A stretch of DNA of 62,039 bases, filler included, from Catajapyx aquilonaris (lineage: Eukaryota): the NCBI GenBank assembly GCA_000934665.2. It is 3 parts of 3 records of this genome, joined end to end, with 100 filler letters (N's around TTAATTAATTAA, not from the genome) between each part and the next. Parts side by side here need not be neighbours in the genome. Positions count along the whole stretch, not along the records: positions 1 to 20,620 come from JYFJ02006222.1; positions 20,721 to 41,330 come from JYFJ02006223.1; 1 more part is not named here. One strand, 5' to 3'. The position numbers were made by a program, and so were the translations under genes. The notes beneath the pieces were generated by a model, which saw only the letters and a program-made list of their open reading frames with translations, searched no databases and had not been told where the DNA came from. The stretch's first letter is position 1. The number at the start of each line of letters is the position of its first letter. Of the stretch, positions 11,524 through 24,459 are shown one piece after another.

Positions 11524-14500
11524 GTCGTCGTGAGAGTTTAATCAGGGCTGGGAAAAACGTGGAGACATCTGGAACACTCGCAAGTAGACCGTTTAAGAAA
11601 CCAAGTGATAGTTCAAACAAGACACGATAACGGGGTATATTAAGTAAGGGTTGGGAAGGGAGGGGGGAACAAAGGGGGATAAAAAGAATGGTAGAAAGAG
11701 AGAGAGAGGGAGGGAGAGGGAGAGAGAGAAAAACATGGAGTATATTTTTCTATGTTTGTTATTTTGTTACAAAGGTTTATAATAAGCCCAAAGTTGTTGA
11801 CCATCATGTGCTTTGTTTATCCCCCTGTTACTTCTAAACCAGGTGGCGTTTTGCACTGTTTGGTGACAGCTGAGGGGCAAACAAAGACCATGAGTGATTT
11901 CAAAGTTGTGTATGGGGAGGGGGAGCGTGATCACTATTAGTGACGACTGCCATCCCCCTCACCAGAAGAGTTAATAATAGGGAGGTTGAAAAAAAATAAT
12001 AATAATGTAAGGTGCCAATGGACTGGATATTTTAGGACTTGCACTTTCTGCTTTTTGGCATCAAGACCTAAGTTTTTTGGTGTAAGGTAAATCCCAGAAA
12101 AGTGCATTCACATTGATGACAAAAAATATATATATATTGGCTCTCCCTATTTGTGCAACTGGAACGCAAAATAATTTAAATACACATGAAACTTTACACA
12201 CACGTACCGCCAGCCAGGACATGGTCCTGCATGATTTTGCAGCACTGCAACTTTTAACAGTGCAACATGATTTTTAATGGATATATATTAAAAAGCTGAC
12301 TTTGTAGCCCACACAAATGCCTCATAAGTGCAAGGCAAATGATATTTTTTTCATGCTAAAAATGGGTGGTTTTACGCTGAAAAAAAAAAGCGATATTTTA
12401 ATGGAGGTTTAAAAGAAGCCACACTAAATGAAAAGAAGTTACAGCTAAACTTGTATACAAAGCCATGGACATGACTTCACCAGTAGTAAGGTATAAACTT
12501 GAGGGATATTTCGCGATGAAAACCCAATTTTTAAATGAGAATATGGCCATTAGCTTGACAGGCCAGATCTTGTTTGAGTGACTAAAACTAACCCAAAAAA
12601 TAATAATAAACTGAGACACTGCTGTGTTTTTTTCCCCAACGGAAATGATTCACATAAAATGCTGTTGACAGCTCTTTGAAAAGTTATCAAAGGTGACTTT
12701 TTGCAGATGCAATGCACATGAAGAAAAAAAAAAAATGAATGAAAAGAAAAATGTAGAACTGATCTAACGATTGTGAGTTTGCAGTTTTTGAAAATGTCGG
12801 ACTTTATCTTGAAAGCAACTAACTGTGTTGCAATGAAGATGAAAAATGAAAGACAAACTGATTGCATGAATAAATTTTTCAAACTGGTAAAAGAAAAGGG
12901 GGCCCACTTCCTACCAAACTTTGTGAGTTTTTGAAAAAAACCGATGTTTGTATTTGTTTTTTTGTTCCCATTTATTTAGGTTAGGGATAACTTTACATGA
13001 TTGATGAAAGATGATGATGATGATGAAATGATGATGAAACTCTTTAACTGAACTCTTCGTGTCTCTTTGTGTAGAATTTAAGCAAGCTGGGAAAAAAAAA
13101 GAAAAAAGGAAAATTTACTGAAATGAACATTTGTAGGCTTAAACTTGTGCTCTTACTGTATCTTTTATTACAATGGAAAAGGAACCTGTCACTGCAACAC
13201 GCCAGAAGATTTTGTTTCGTTTAGGTTTTTTTTTCTCTCGTGACCCTGGCGATCTCCATGTTAATGAGCAAGGAGATGATTAAAGCGGGGCAAGAATACA
13301 TAGGTTTAGATTTCTTGAGGGCAGTGAATTTTCGAGGGTGATTTTTGAAAAGCGTAAACACATGGGTGAAAAGAAAAGCGAGCGGAGGCAACAATTTTTT
13401 TGTGGAGCATTAATTAACGTTATTCTGCAAAGCAATCCATTTTATGTCAAATGATTGATTGTTGTGACGTGTAAACTACAAAGTAAAAGTGAACCAGTTT
13501 TTTCTCCCCACTGCCTAAAAATATGTAATGAAAAAGGCTTTTGTATTAAGTTTGACAATTATAATAATTTTTTTTTGTGGAGAATTTCACATTGCACTTG
13601 TCGTTGAAGAACCATGAGTAAAAAATGCTGTTAAACTTTTTAAGTAGTAGTAACGTGTTGGGAAATTGTAAACTGGTGTTTAGTGTAGCATTTGTTTTTT
13701 TGCGCCCTTTTTTTCCACCGTGTCTGCAACGCAAGTAATTTTTTTAGTAAATCGTTTTAGTTACAGTTTTTAAAAAATTGAGGTTCGCGATTTAGTCTTA
13801 CGTGATTTTTTTTTTCTTTGTGTTTTCTCTGGGGAATATACAAAAAATGAAGTATCTATCATAGTCAAGTATGTAGCTTGCTTTTCAAATATAGTTAATA
13901 ACGTGAATAATCAAGAAGCACAGTTTATCAGAAGGAAAACATATTATAAAGTGGGCCCCTATTTAAAAAAAAGAACTGCAGTTTATCCTTCTAAAACATA
14001 AGCATCTTAACAGAGTTTGATTTTTTGTTTATATGAAGAAAAGAAAAAAATGTATTAATCTAGTTCCAATAATTTTCTTTTTGTGTTTTTCATTGAGCAA
14101 ACATAGAATTTTCAATATCAGCTGATGCCTGGAGAACAAACAAGCAATGTAATAATAATAATCGATCGGGAAACAATGACTTTGAAGTAATGCGCAAAAT
14201 TTGCCTTTTTTATTTTATCAATAACTAATTACCAAGCTGCTTGTTCGCTCCAAGTACAGGTCAAGTAATGTCTAATTTGTCTTTAATGTTTCTAAGTATA
14301 GCAAATTGAAACTTCGAAGCACTGCTAGGTGGAGTCAGGATATGGTGCAAAGTTGCCAAGATAATGGTTAATTTTTAAAGTGACATCCAATATACACATC
14401 TCTTTTTTTGGTGCAAAGTGCTGACATGTGCAAAAAAAATAATAATGATTTCAAGTGGGAGGGATAGAAAAGAGAGGTATTGATGAGCCATGTCCCAAAT

Positions 14501-15065
14501 TGATTCCACAGTGCAGATTTCAAGAAAACTTTACAAAAAAAAAACCAAAAAAAAAAAGTGTTAGGTGTGGGTTTGCATTGCAAGAATTCTAGAAGATAAT
14601 GCCATTTAACGCCTGCAAAAATAAATTTTCAAGTGTGTTGAAGTGCGGTTATATGAAATTGTAGCTGGCTTGACTACCTGGAAGCATTCGTTTAACAAAA
14701 AGAAATAATGCTAAAATGAAAATTGTCAGGTGTTCGTATTTGCTCCTTTATATTGGTCGACGAATTTAAAATAATTTTGAAATTTTTGACTCCCCCCGTG
14801 ACATGATTTTCCAGGTAGTTACAGGTAACCCCATGTATTATCCCCCCTAACGCAGTTATTGTTTACGCAACATTATATCTGATGCCAGGAGGTATATCAT
14901 GAGCATGCGATTTGTTTTTATAAATATTTAAAGCCATCTCTGAAAAGTTGGGGAAATTGGGCAAAATCGACAAAAGTGCTGTAATGACGGGGGTAAAAAA
15001 TAATTTGGGGGTGTTGAATTTTCTGTGTGCACCCAACTAGTTCATTTTGTGATTGTAATAAAGGA
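11524..15065 (+). other. Probable long (up to ~3.5 kb) AT-rich 3' UTR of FAM120A
   Basis: No credible coding exons; poly-A/poly-T rich, several AATAAA (last near 15057) before MITEs and the convergent MANBAL 3' end. The true end is unknown. Confidence 0.5.
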
Positions 15066-15170
15066 TGGTACCATATAACCTCCGTACTCTTCAATTATCT
15101 AGTACCCTCGCTTTTTATTGGCAGTGGTTGGCGTGACATTTGGTCAGAACTACCTTACGCATTGTTGGTA

Positions 15171-15308
15171 CAGTGTTGGACATTAATCGCATCGTACCAT
15201 GCTAGCGACATTTTCCGAAGCAGCAGAAGCAATGCATGCGAGCAAGTTTCCTTCTGCCGCTTTGGAAAAACGTCGCTAGTAGTACGATGCGATTAATGTC
15301 CAATACTG
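15171..15308. mobile_element. MITE with CAGTGTTGGACATTAATCGCATCGTAC terminal inverted repeats
   Basis: TA|CAGTGTTGGACATTAATCGCATCGTAC ... GTACGATGCGATTAATGTCCAATACTG; homologous to 1-155. Confidence 0.75.
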
Positions 15309-15378
15309 GAGAAGTTTCAGGAAATCGAATGAATGCATGTCGTACCTGCGTAGTTTTGATGTAGAAAACTGTTTCGTA

Positions 15379-15503
15379 CAGTGGTGGAAATTACTGGATG
15401 TCCACAAGTATCGCCTCCTGGCTGAGCTTTTCCTTTACATGAAGCAAAGTAAAATCTCCCCCAGGTGGCGATACTTGTGGATATCCATTACGTTCCACCA
15501 CTG
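15379..15503. mobile_element. MITE (Tc1/mariner-type, TA TSD)
   Basis: TA|CAGTGGTGGAA...TTCCACCACTG|TA with internal arms TCCACAAGTATCGCC / GGCGATACTTGTGGA. Confidence 0.75.
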
Positions 15504-15751
15504 TACATTACAATTAGCCATTCAAAAATGATAAAAAAAACAAAAAACAAATACATACGAGAAAAGGTTTATTCCCAACAATAAGGACTAACATAAGTGT
15601 ACAAAATATGCAAATTACAAAACAGAAAGCTGTATACACACTGGAATGACATCACCGAGGTTGCGACCCAAGAATCTGAGTGACTAGAGAAGATGGAAGA
15701 ATCATAAGATTGGGGGGAATGGCATTAATTTATCCTCCGCTCAACTGCGGA

Positions 15752-16169
15752 CTACCGCCGTTTCTTTTTCTCCTGCTTCCGTCTCTGATGCGTGTGAGGC
15801 CGATGGGGCGTGAAGTGCGGACTGCCTTGCTCCGAGATCTCTTCGTCACTCATGTCTCCATCCTTGAAAAAAAAAAGTGACCACCGCATTACAATACAGT
15901 ACGCTCTCGCAAAACATTACAATAGCATTGAGAATTAATGCTTCATTACAAATCAGGTTGTTTTTAACTGGTAACAACTGAACATTTGAATGTCAATTTT
16001 TTTTTTGTGCGTGACACCTTTTTGGTACTAGATGTTTATCTGAGCTGACCTTTGACCCATAGTCTCCCTTGTCCGGCAGCACGACCACTGCCGCAATGCA
16101 AATCAGCTGGAATATCGCCCCAAGGAACAGCCCGTAGCGTAGAAACGCGTCGATAAAATCCTCCGGCAT
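15752..16169 (-). CDS. MANBAL: UPF0239 single-pass small membrane protein (MANBAL / anon-73B1 homolog), 76 aa, 2 exons
   Basis: Exons 16169-16050 ([40 protein letters not shown]) and 15862-15752 (DGDMSDEE...[10 protein letters not shown]). The [16 protein letters not shown] motif and basic tail are characteristic; minus-strand AATAAA at 15568-15573. Confidence 0.92.
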
Positions 16170-16244
16170 TTTTTTCCCTCCTCGACGCGTCCTGTTGTAC
16201 AATTTCGAATAATTAAAAAAAGGAAAAAAAATCGACCTCAAATT

Positions 16245-16370
16245 GACGCCATCTTGGAAATTTTGACGCCACAGTTTACACCTTCAAGCAACACAAACGT
16301 ACGCATGCGCACGTATAAACAGCCAGTTTGCTATTGGCTACCAGGAATATGTTGGTGCATCTGATTGGTC
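16245..16370 (-). promoter_or_regulatory. Probable MANBAL core promoter
   Basis: YY1-type CGCCATCTTG (CAAGATGGCG on minus), NRF1-like ACGCATGCGCA and two minus-strand CCAAT boxes just upstream of the first exon. Confidence 0.5.
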
Positions 16371-17849
16371 CACAATGTTGCTGTTGAGGTGTTTACTGAT
16401 ATGATCTGCTTGTTAACAACCCCGTTTAATTACCTCTTATTAATATCATAATTGGTACGATCATATTTAGAACCCGATGCGTACTATCCGGTTGTTAAAT
16501 TCCACACAAGCGGATCTCAACCCTGCGACGAACCCTGGGCTGGGTTCGAGTTTAATCCCGTCCCCCGGTCCGTGGATCCAGTCGTGTGGACCCCGTCACA
16601 CCGAGCCCAAATGTGTCCGCCATCTTTAGTTTTTGAACCTAAACTCTCGTCTCTCTCGTTCTGAGGGATAGACACACACACTTACACCGGGGACAACTTC
16701 TCTTCCCCTGGAACATATAATCCAAAAGGGGGGGAAGGATTAAGAAGGAGCAGAGGATATATAAGGAAAATACCCCATCGGAGCTGAGAAACGGGGGGGA
16801 CTTAAGAACAGCAGGTAAGGAAAAATAATTTGGGTGTCAAAAATAAGTGATGGTTCGAATCAAGTTCGAATAGGTTCGAAACTTTTTGGATATGTTCGAA
16901 TAGGACAGAATGGATTGGAACGAATTTTTTTTGCGGAGGCGGGATTGTGGGTTGTCATCATTTTTTAAGAAGGAATAGAACTGCTTCAATTTTAATGTTA
17001 AATGTTGCAGTTTAATGTTAATTTCATGACTGCTTGTGTTCTAATATGTGCTGATTACATGTGCATAGTCGTAAGTAGGTCTGGTGCAGGCAGGTCGGGT
17101 AGTCGCACATTAGGGTTAACAGTCGGTTCGTCGAACAGTAGTATTAACGATGAATTAAGCTGCAATGTTGCTTCTAGATATGTTAGGTGTCATTCGCGGT
17201 TTTTGCAAACCCATGAAAGGTACTGACAAAACGCATCGGGACATACCGAGTGAACTGTACATCAAGAACTGATGTGTACCACAGTACAGATACCTTAATG
17301 AGCTCAACTTTGACTGTACTAATGAAGTTTACATGTACGCACAATTTTTGCACTTATACATCAGACGTGAAGACCAAGCTGGTACACACAGCCAAGTAAA
17401 CGACATATTTTAACTAACATTGATAGTAATTTTGCGTAGGTTGGTGCAGGGAACGTGTGAGAGACGAATTAAAACCATTTGCAACAAGTCTGAGCTTTTC
17501 AAGGGTTGCCATCTTGCCACTTAGGCTAGGGCCTAGAGAGATCGTGATGCATTGGCATCTGGGGGTGAATTATGAGGGTGAAAAGTGATTAAAAACCATA
17601 ACATAAATGGGAAAAGTTGTTACAGTTAAACATTTAAAGGTTTAAAAGTGAATTGGTTGTGACTGAAGAACACTAGTGGGCCGTGATCAGTAGGGATCCG
17701 ACGATACAGAAAAACATTATCTCGCCTTCACTGGCCTCCCCACTGTTTTATTTATTGTTGACCATTGGTATTGACTAAATCCATTAGGGACCACGAGAAA
17801 AAATATGCCAGCACAAACCCTAGGCTACTCGTGATTGTATCAGAGATCG

Positions 17850-18420
17850 GAAAGGCAAAGTGAAAGGAGGAAAACAATGCAGAATTAAAGATACCGTATA
17901 ACTAGGCTCAACAGTGTATTTAACCGTGCTATTAGTGTACGCAATCATTCATGCTAACGGAAATTCTGGGCTGGCCTAGGCCTAGTGCCCGTCGTTGAGA
18001 CGCCTGCACCGTGGAATTGATTCATTGAGCTCGAAATATGTTGACTCAACGATAGGAAATTAGATTTTAGTTTTCTGTGACGTTAGTCGAGTGATTCCCA
18101 AGTGGTGCGATGGAAGCGTTTTGCCTCAAATATCCTTTCAATGAACCATAAGAAAGTAGCGTCCAAAAATGTATTCGTGATGACCCATTTGGCATCTTTT
18201 CTGCAGTGTCTTGATGGGCAGAGAACGAGGATTTGTCTCTAGAATTGTGATGTTACAATATCAGCGACTGTTTCCGCATGAAGTGTAGCCTACCTGGAAA
18301 GACAGATATTGTTGCTATTAGCGATGTTTTGGGAAGGTACCGTGATGCAATCGCAGACATTGAGCTGCAAGTAATTTTGCGGGAATTTATGTCGAAATAT
18401 TTCTCAGAACTAATGTAACA
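17850..18420 (+). mobile_element. Possible highly decayed hAT transposase remnant
   Basis: Stop-riddled peptide CSVLMGRERGFVSRI resembles the hAT DGASVMxGxxxGV motif; weak support only. Confidence 0.3.
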
Positions 18421-20620
18421 TTATTTCGCAGTAAAATTCCTTGAGCACTGGATTGGTGTAAATTAAGGTGCAAAAGCATGCATTAGTTAAACAAAATCAG
18501 GCACGCTGCATATTGAAGAGATAAATTGTCAGGTAATATGCTCTCAAAAGCATTGAAATGTGCACGCAAATATTTATCAAAAAATCAGCGAAATAGTCTG
18601 GCAAATAATTCTCCTTATAAGTCACGATGAGCCTTGGTAATGAATGTATTCTTGTGAGTGTAATTCTGTAAAATGTCTCCAGGTTTCTAAGCTAAAATAA
18701 TAATAATAAATAACCTATATGCTGTACAAGTCGTTAAATTTGAACATTTTGTGTGTGCACTTGCAAAATAAGTACCCTTTGGTTTCATGATGCCTTGAGT
18801 AGCGATCCTGTGAAAGACTCGTGCAGAAACACAATCTGCAAGAACCTAACATCCCAACTTTTTATCCCAACTCTTCAAGAACAAGGGTTGTTAACAATTT
18901 GAACTACTTTATAATCAATGTTGTATTGATTGCCGCTTTACGTAAAGCGTGGCCTGTGACATTCGTTGAGTTGCATGACATTTCTTAGCGTCTGAAAGCA
19001 TGCTTGGAGGTGGTTAAAATTTGCATATGCCAATATCCGTAGAATTCTGTGTTCTGCTATCAAACATTTGAAACTGGGTCTTGACGATATTAGATGCAGT
19101 GACAGCTTAGGATTGCTCAAGTAGTTTGGAAAGGGAACGTAAATCACATTTCATATACTGAGCATGTCAGAGCTGCATCATTTAGGCGAATGCTAACTTG
19201 GCTGTCAATTAGGTGCAATGTAAGCGTCATTTTATTGTGTTTTGTAAGTAATGACCATGTACCGAGCGGTAGGAGTGAGCGCTAGGCCCAGCCAAAAATA
19301 AGTTGGTTCCACAGTTTATCCAAGTTTGCTATTGATCCTGGGATGTGCGTTACAATTACTCTATTGATTTCTAATGTTATGGCCTGTGTCGGTTTGTGTG
19401 GCGTAATCCACAAAGTTCAGAAGCGCATTAACAACTGGTGTGTCCATGTTTACCCACCTGTTTGGGAACACTTTTTCATGTCAACTAGTGTCACGGGAGA
19501 GGGAAAATGCTCATGCTTTGCCAGACATGACAAACGCAGCATATTACAGCCCCGTCAGTTCCAAGCAAGTTGACGAAAATAATAAAATATTGCAAACTAT
19601 CAGCGACTTATTTGCTCCGGCAGATAAATGTAGTGTGGTCAAGTTGACCTCTAGTGCGATTGAAAATTGCCATAATTAGGAGCGCTTGCAGTTTTTTTTT
19701 AAATCGTGAAGCTAGTGGTACGACGGAAAATAGTTTCTAGGAAGTCTGAGGAGGTGAAGGCCGGTTGATATTCAATGTGCCTTTTTTTTATGCCAACTCC
19801 CAAGGTTTTTGCTGTTGTGTGTACATGTGTCTGTGAGTTAAAATGTGCGTTGGAGGTTCATGAACTTATTAATTATTTTTTTTGAGCGCTTCCATGCTCT
19901 TCCTCTTTTTCTCTCCCTTTTTTTAAAATTTATTTACACCTGTAGTGTTTGTGGAGGGTGGGGTTTGGAAGAAGGGAGGCCTTGTTGGGATCATCCCTAA
20001 ACTTATGTCCTTGGCTATTTTTCATTTTTTTGTTGTAGTACCTTTCATGTAACCGGTTCGGGAAGGGAGCTGGTTTACTTATTTACACTGGTTATTTGGG
20101 AGGGGGGAGGTTATCGCAATTGGGGAGCCCCCCTGAATTATTTAACCAGGCCAATGTTTGTCCATCCGCTAACATGATTGCATACCCTGGTTATTGCGCA
20201 CTATTGTTGCGAACCTGGCCGAAGACAAGCAGGAAGTGCCGCATTAATTGCCCTCCAGACCATCTGAAATAATTGCATTACAAAGCCTCTCCCTAGTCCA
20301 GAGTTGGAAGCTGGAAGGGGATGGCAGTTCTAAGAGAGAAAAACCAGTGTTTGCATACAACCCTGGAGCAGGAAGTAAAAGCATTATCAGAGCAGTTACA
20401 GCATGCCTCCACACTGTAATATGTAAATGATTGCTCTGTACACATGTGTTGCGCATATCTGCCATTGATTTTTTTTAATCTTTTGTAAATAGCCAAAAAT
20501 GAATTTGATGACAATGTGCAATTATTTTTTTATTGCATTTGACATTTTTTTTTGCCAATAAGTGGGGAGGGGGATGTTATTCAAGAAGTAGGGTGCGGGG
20601 GCGGAGGGGGGGGGGGGACG

Positions 20621-20720
20621 NNNNNNNNNNNNNNNNNNNNNNNNNNNNNNNNNNNNNNNNNNNNTTAATTAATTAANNNNNNNNNNNNNNNNNNNNNNNN
20701 NNNNNNNNNNNNNNNNNNNN
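20621..20720. other. Assembly gap (44 N + TTAATTAATTAA + 44 N)
   Basis: N run with a six-frame stop-codon linker; identical structure at 41331-41430. Confidence 0.97.
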
Positions 20721-20816
20721 GCGTTTCCGGACATGGGTTCCTATGTCAAAAATACTTGTCTTGGTCCCCTCTATTACCCCTGAAAGTCTTTGCAGAGTTA
20801 CAATAAACACCCTGTA
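20721..20816. mobile_element. Tc1/mariner-type element end abutting the gap
   Basis: Ends ...AATAAACACCCTG|TA, typical of a Tc1/mariner TIR plus TA target site. Confidence 0.45.
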
Positions 20817-21018
20817 TTATTATACTCAATGGCACTATGGAATTTGAGACAAAACTATGCACAGATCAAGTGAAAAGGTGAATAATTTGCTGACGTCACT
20901 TGCAGGTCACATGAACATCACATGTATGTCCAAAGTGGATGATAAGTGTAGGCCTAAATGGTGAATTTAACCTGGCTCGTACCAACTACAAGTCTCCAAC
21001 GTTTACTTCTATAAGGTG

Positions 21019-21332
21019 AATCAAATGACACCCGTTCTTGGCTTCTAGAGAGGATACTACTGAATGCAGGGACTTTGAATTTCTACCATGGAAAGATAGT
21101 ACCAATACCCTTGGCTGTCAGAAATGGAAAAACAATGCGCTGATCTCGCTTGGGTATGCTCGACAGTGCGCACGCCATCTTGGATTGGCTGCAGCGGCAT
21201 TCTTGGTATGGGCGTGAAAGAACTTACCTATGCATTTAGAAGGTATTGGTAATATCTTTCCGTGGTAGAAATTCCAAGTCCCTACATTCAATAGTATCCT
21301 CTCTAGAAGCCAAGAACGGGTTTCATTTTATT
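21019..21332. mobile_element. Palindromic MITE in C1D intron
   Basis: ~85-bp arms CCCGTTCTTGGCTTCTAGAGAGGATACTA... and ...TAGTATCCTCTCTAGAAGCCAAGAACGGG. Confidence 0.75.
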
Positions 21333-21473
21333 GACCCCAATACAAGCACCCAGTAACCTTAGAAGAATAAAACAATAATGCATCATCTGCTCTGGGGGTC
21401 CCCTTTCACACAGAAACAAAACTAATGAACTGCTCACAAATCTGCTGCAAATGTGCAAGTTGATTATACTTAC

Positions 21474-22135
21474 TCCAGAAGAGTGAGTTGAGGGCATAAA
21501 CTGACACCAGGTCATACTTGGCCCTGTCCAATGGCTTGAGCTACAAATAAAAGTGCAGGTTATGACAACTTCCTACCAATAAGAAAATTCAACAACAACA
21601 AAAGTGGCCTGTGAACAGCCCACAACTTTGCACAGTATATTCCATCTGGTTAGGCTTAGCTTCCAAATCCCTTGGGTGCCTATGGTTAATGGTGTCCATT
21701 AACTTTCCAATAAGTAACAAAAAATGCATATGCCATAGAATGGCTCTATATGCACTGGTAGTACCAGATAACACTCCAGTGATCAAAGAGCATTCCAAGG
21801 TTTTGGAGGCAGACCCCGTCACATTTATATTGCACGTGACCAGTGATGTCAAAATTTTCTCCTCGATAAAATTTCCTGCCTCCATGACGTTTTTGCCGCC
21901 CCCTAAAATTTGCTGCCCTAGGCACATGCCTACTCGGCCTATTGGGTAATACACCCCTGCATGTGACTGCAGGCAGTGGTCGTGCGTGATGATGTGTGTG
22001 ACTGACCTGCGCCAAGACGTCGCTGGGCGGAATGGAAGCATAGGCCCCAATCACCTGGTCCACTTCCAGGATGCTGGAAGTCACCTCCTCCACCTTCCTC
22101 GTCAGCTCTTCTGGAAAATCTTCCTCTTCCGCCAT
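21474..22135 (-). CDS. C1D: Nuclear nucleic acid-binding protein C1D (Rrp47/Sas10-C1D family), 5' part only
   Basis: Exon 22135-22007 MAEEEDFPEELTRKVEEVTSSILEVDQVIGAYASIPPSDVLAQ and exon 21540-21474 LKPLDRAKYDLVSVYALNSLFW (the C1D LxPLxxAKxDLVSxYxLNSxFW motif). The remaining exon(s) were not found and probably lie in the gap. YY1-type GGCCATCTTG near 22449. Confidence 0.88.
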
Positions 22136-22892
22136 CCCGACTCGCCCCCTCCTTCGCCCAACCCTGTCAGCTCACCTGAGAGTCTGCGTGACCGGTGCAA
22201 CGACCTGCAAGCAGAACACGTACGAATTCTGCACATGAGAAATGTCTCTAGCTAGGTGTGCAGCTCAAGCATGCTGTCATATACACTCAGGAGAGAGGGC
22301 CTCTTGCTAACCCTGGTTCAGTTGTAGCCTCCTCCAGTCCCCTCCAAGATAGTGCACGGCCAAGCTGAGATAGTGAGAGGCTGAGATCGAAAGACAGAAG
22401 ATGAATCTTCGTAGGAAGGTTGGAAAAAATATTTAGAACTTAAAATCGGCCATCTTGAAACAGGGTGGGTCGAACGAAACGCAGCTGCTTTCTGCTAGTC
22501 TCAGTATTACCTTAACTGCGATCGCATTTCACGTCTTGGCTAAGTTTCACATGAACCCTACATATACAGCCTGAAAAGGGCTAAAAAATTCAAATTCCAC
22601 ATATTTTACTGACAGGAAAGACAGTTTTATTGATATGGTTTTCTACAACACTTCACACCTGCATAGTCCTTATTACATTCCTGTTACAGTACAATATGCT
22701 CAATATAATGGGTATGGGCGGGTATGGGACTCACTCTTACATTTTCCTCAAGATGAGTCTTAGTAAGGTCAGGTAAGGTCTATGTCTGACAACCGAAGTT
22801 ACTATTCTTACCCTCCTGAATTTTGAAAATTTTGAGGTTTTCTAATTTTGCTTGGCCTATAGTGTTGAGAAGCAGAATTAGAAAATCTAAAA

Positions 22893-23036
22893 AAACAGGA
22901 GGGTAATATTATGCTACTAAAGTTTAGTAGCATAATATAATATTATGCTACCCTCCTGTTTGTACTATTGATAGTTAAAATACTTGCATGGTTTAGTAAC
23001 TAAACCATGCAAGTATTTTAACTATCAATAGTACAA
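22893..23036. repeat. Two adjacent palindromes, including a perfect 38-bp-arm inverted repeat with a 1-nt centre (22960-23036)
   Basis: TTGTACTATTGATAGTTAAAATACTTGCATGGTTTAGT-A-ACTAAACCATGCAAGTATTTTAACTATCAATAGTACAA; preceded by nested AAACAGGAGGGTA...TACCCTCCTGTTT. Confidence 0.9.
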
Positions 23037-23769
23037 GGGCTATTTTTAATTAAGTTCCGATGAGCTGTGAATGAAAAAAGCAAGGGTGATCATGAAAAAA
23101 TTAATGCTTACGATACCTTCATATACTACTTTTCCACATAATGGGGTAGTGCTGACCTTCTCAGCACTGTCAGTATTGCACGACCCTTAATTTATTTTGC
23201 AATTTTTTACATGCACACAACACACTCATGTTTTTGTCGCAACACCCTGGTCTACGGGTGTGTGGGGAAAGGGGGGTTCCCAAGGGAGGTATCTCTTAAG
23301 TAGTTTCTAGTCATTGCAGACCCTCATAGCACCAGACCTTTTCTCCTTGCCCTGGGCAGGGTAGGAAGTGCGAGTCTGCCCGGACATGTCGGGTGAAAAG
23401 TGGAAGAAGAGCCGACCAAGCAGAGGTGACGGGACGGGATTTGATCCCCAGACCTCACACTTGGCTGGCCAGTAGCATAGTCACTAGGCCACCATGACCA
23501 TGCCCCCCTCACTTACCACATAGTCACCATCCCAATTGAATCACACATCACAACGTGGCACCATCTTTTGTATGCCCTGCCCAGAGAAGGCTGCTGCCTA
23601 GGTACCGAGTATGTTTTCATTACTCTTGTTTTTATTTCAAAGCTCATCAGAACTTAATTTTAAAATAGCCCACATACTTTGGTGTCTGTCAAACGTTGAA
23701 AATGTCTATATCTTTTATGATGCCATACCAGTAACCCTATACAACTTTATAATTGATATTAGGGAGGTT

Positions 23770-23976
23770 GGCCCGGCATTGCCTCTTCAACCTCCAAGGA
23801 TAGGGAAGGAAGGAAACGGCTGTGGCCTATTATACGGAAGCGACCCAGGAATTATCCTAGGAAGACCGTGGAAAACCACAGAAAACCAAGGTCAGGGTCG
23901 CCGGTCCCAGGATTCAAACCCAGGACCTCCCGATTAGCAGTTGGACGCCTTATCCACCATGCCAACCTGCTTTGGT
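23770..23976 (-). mobile_element. tRNA-derived SINE
   Basis: Minus strand reads GGTTGGCATGGTGGATAAGGCGTCC...GGGAGGTCCTGGGTTTGAATCCTGG (Pol III A and B boxes) followed by a non-tRNA body. Confidence 0.65.
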
Positions 23977-23997
23977 GAGTAACCCTATACACTTATA

Positions 23998-24160
23998 CAG
24001 TAAAACTTTGATATAATGCTCCCCCATAATTATACACTTTCCTGCTTTTAACGCCCCCTTTTTTTGGGGTCCCTTGATCATTTCCATAAGGTAAATTTCC
24101 CCACATATACAGTAGGCTATAACGCTATCCCTGGAAGAGTGTCATATTGAGGTTTTACTG
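23998..24160. mobile_element. MITE (pogo/Tc1-type, TA TSD)
   Basis: TA|CAGTAAAACTTTGATATAA ... TCATATTGAGGTTTTACTG|TA. Confidence 0.65.
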
Positions 24161-24459
24161 TATATTTCTTATTCACAATTGATTTGCTAAGAATATTATC
24201 TGCTCTGGATCAGACACAGGTTATGATTCAATAGGTGCAGTAAAAATGTGAGTCATTTCCAGTGCTAATCTTGTGCACAATGGAGCCAACTGATTCAATT
24301 CATTTGCTAACATTTTGGTAAAGTGTCAGTTCACTACATTGCATTCAGAGTATGATGCACACAATACAAGCAGATGAATTGATGCAATTACCTTTTAAAG
24401 CAAATCTTAATTGCTGTTATTCATGTAGACATTGAACTAGCCAAGCCAAGAGCTCTTGC

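Noticed and set aside
20665..20676. TTAATTAATTAA palindrome inside the N runs (also 41375-41386)
   Set aside because: Identical placement in both 100-nt gaps and stop codons in all six frames: a scaffolding linker, not biological sequence.
23880..23976. tRNA gene
   Set aside because: A/B boxes are present but there is no complete cloverleaf and the sequence continues into a SINE-like body.
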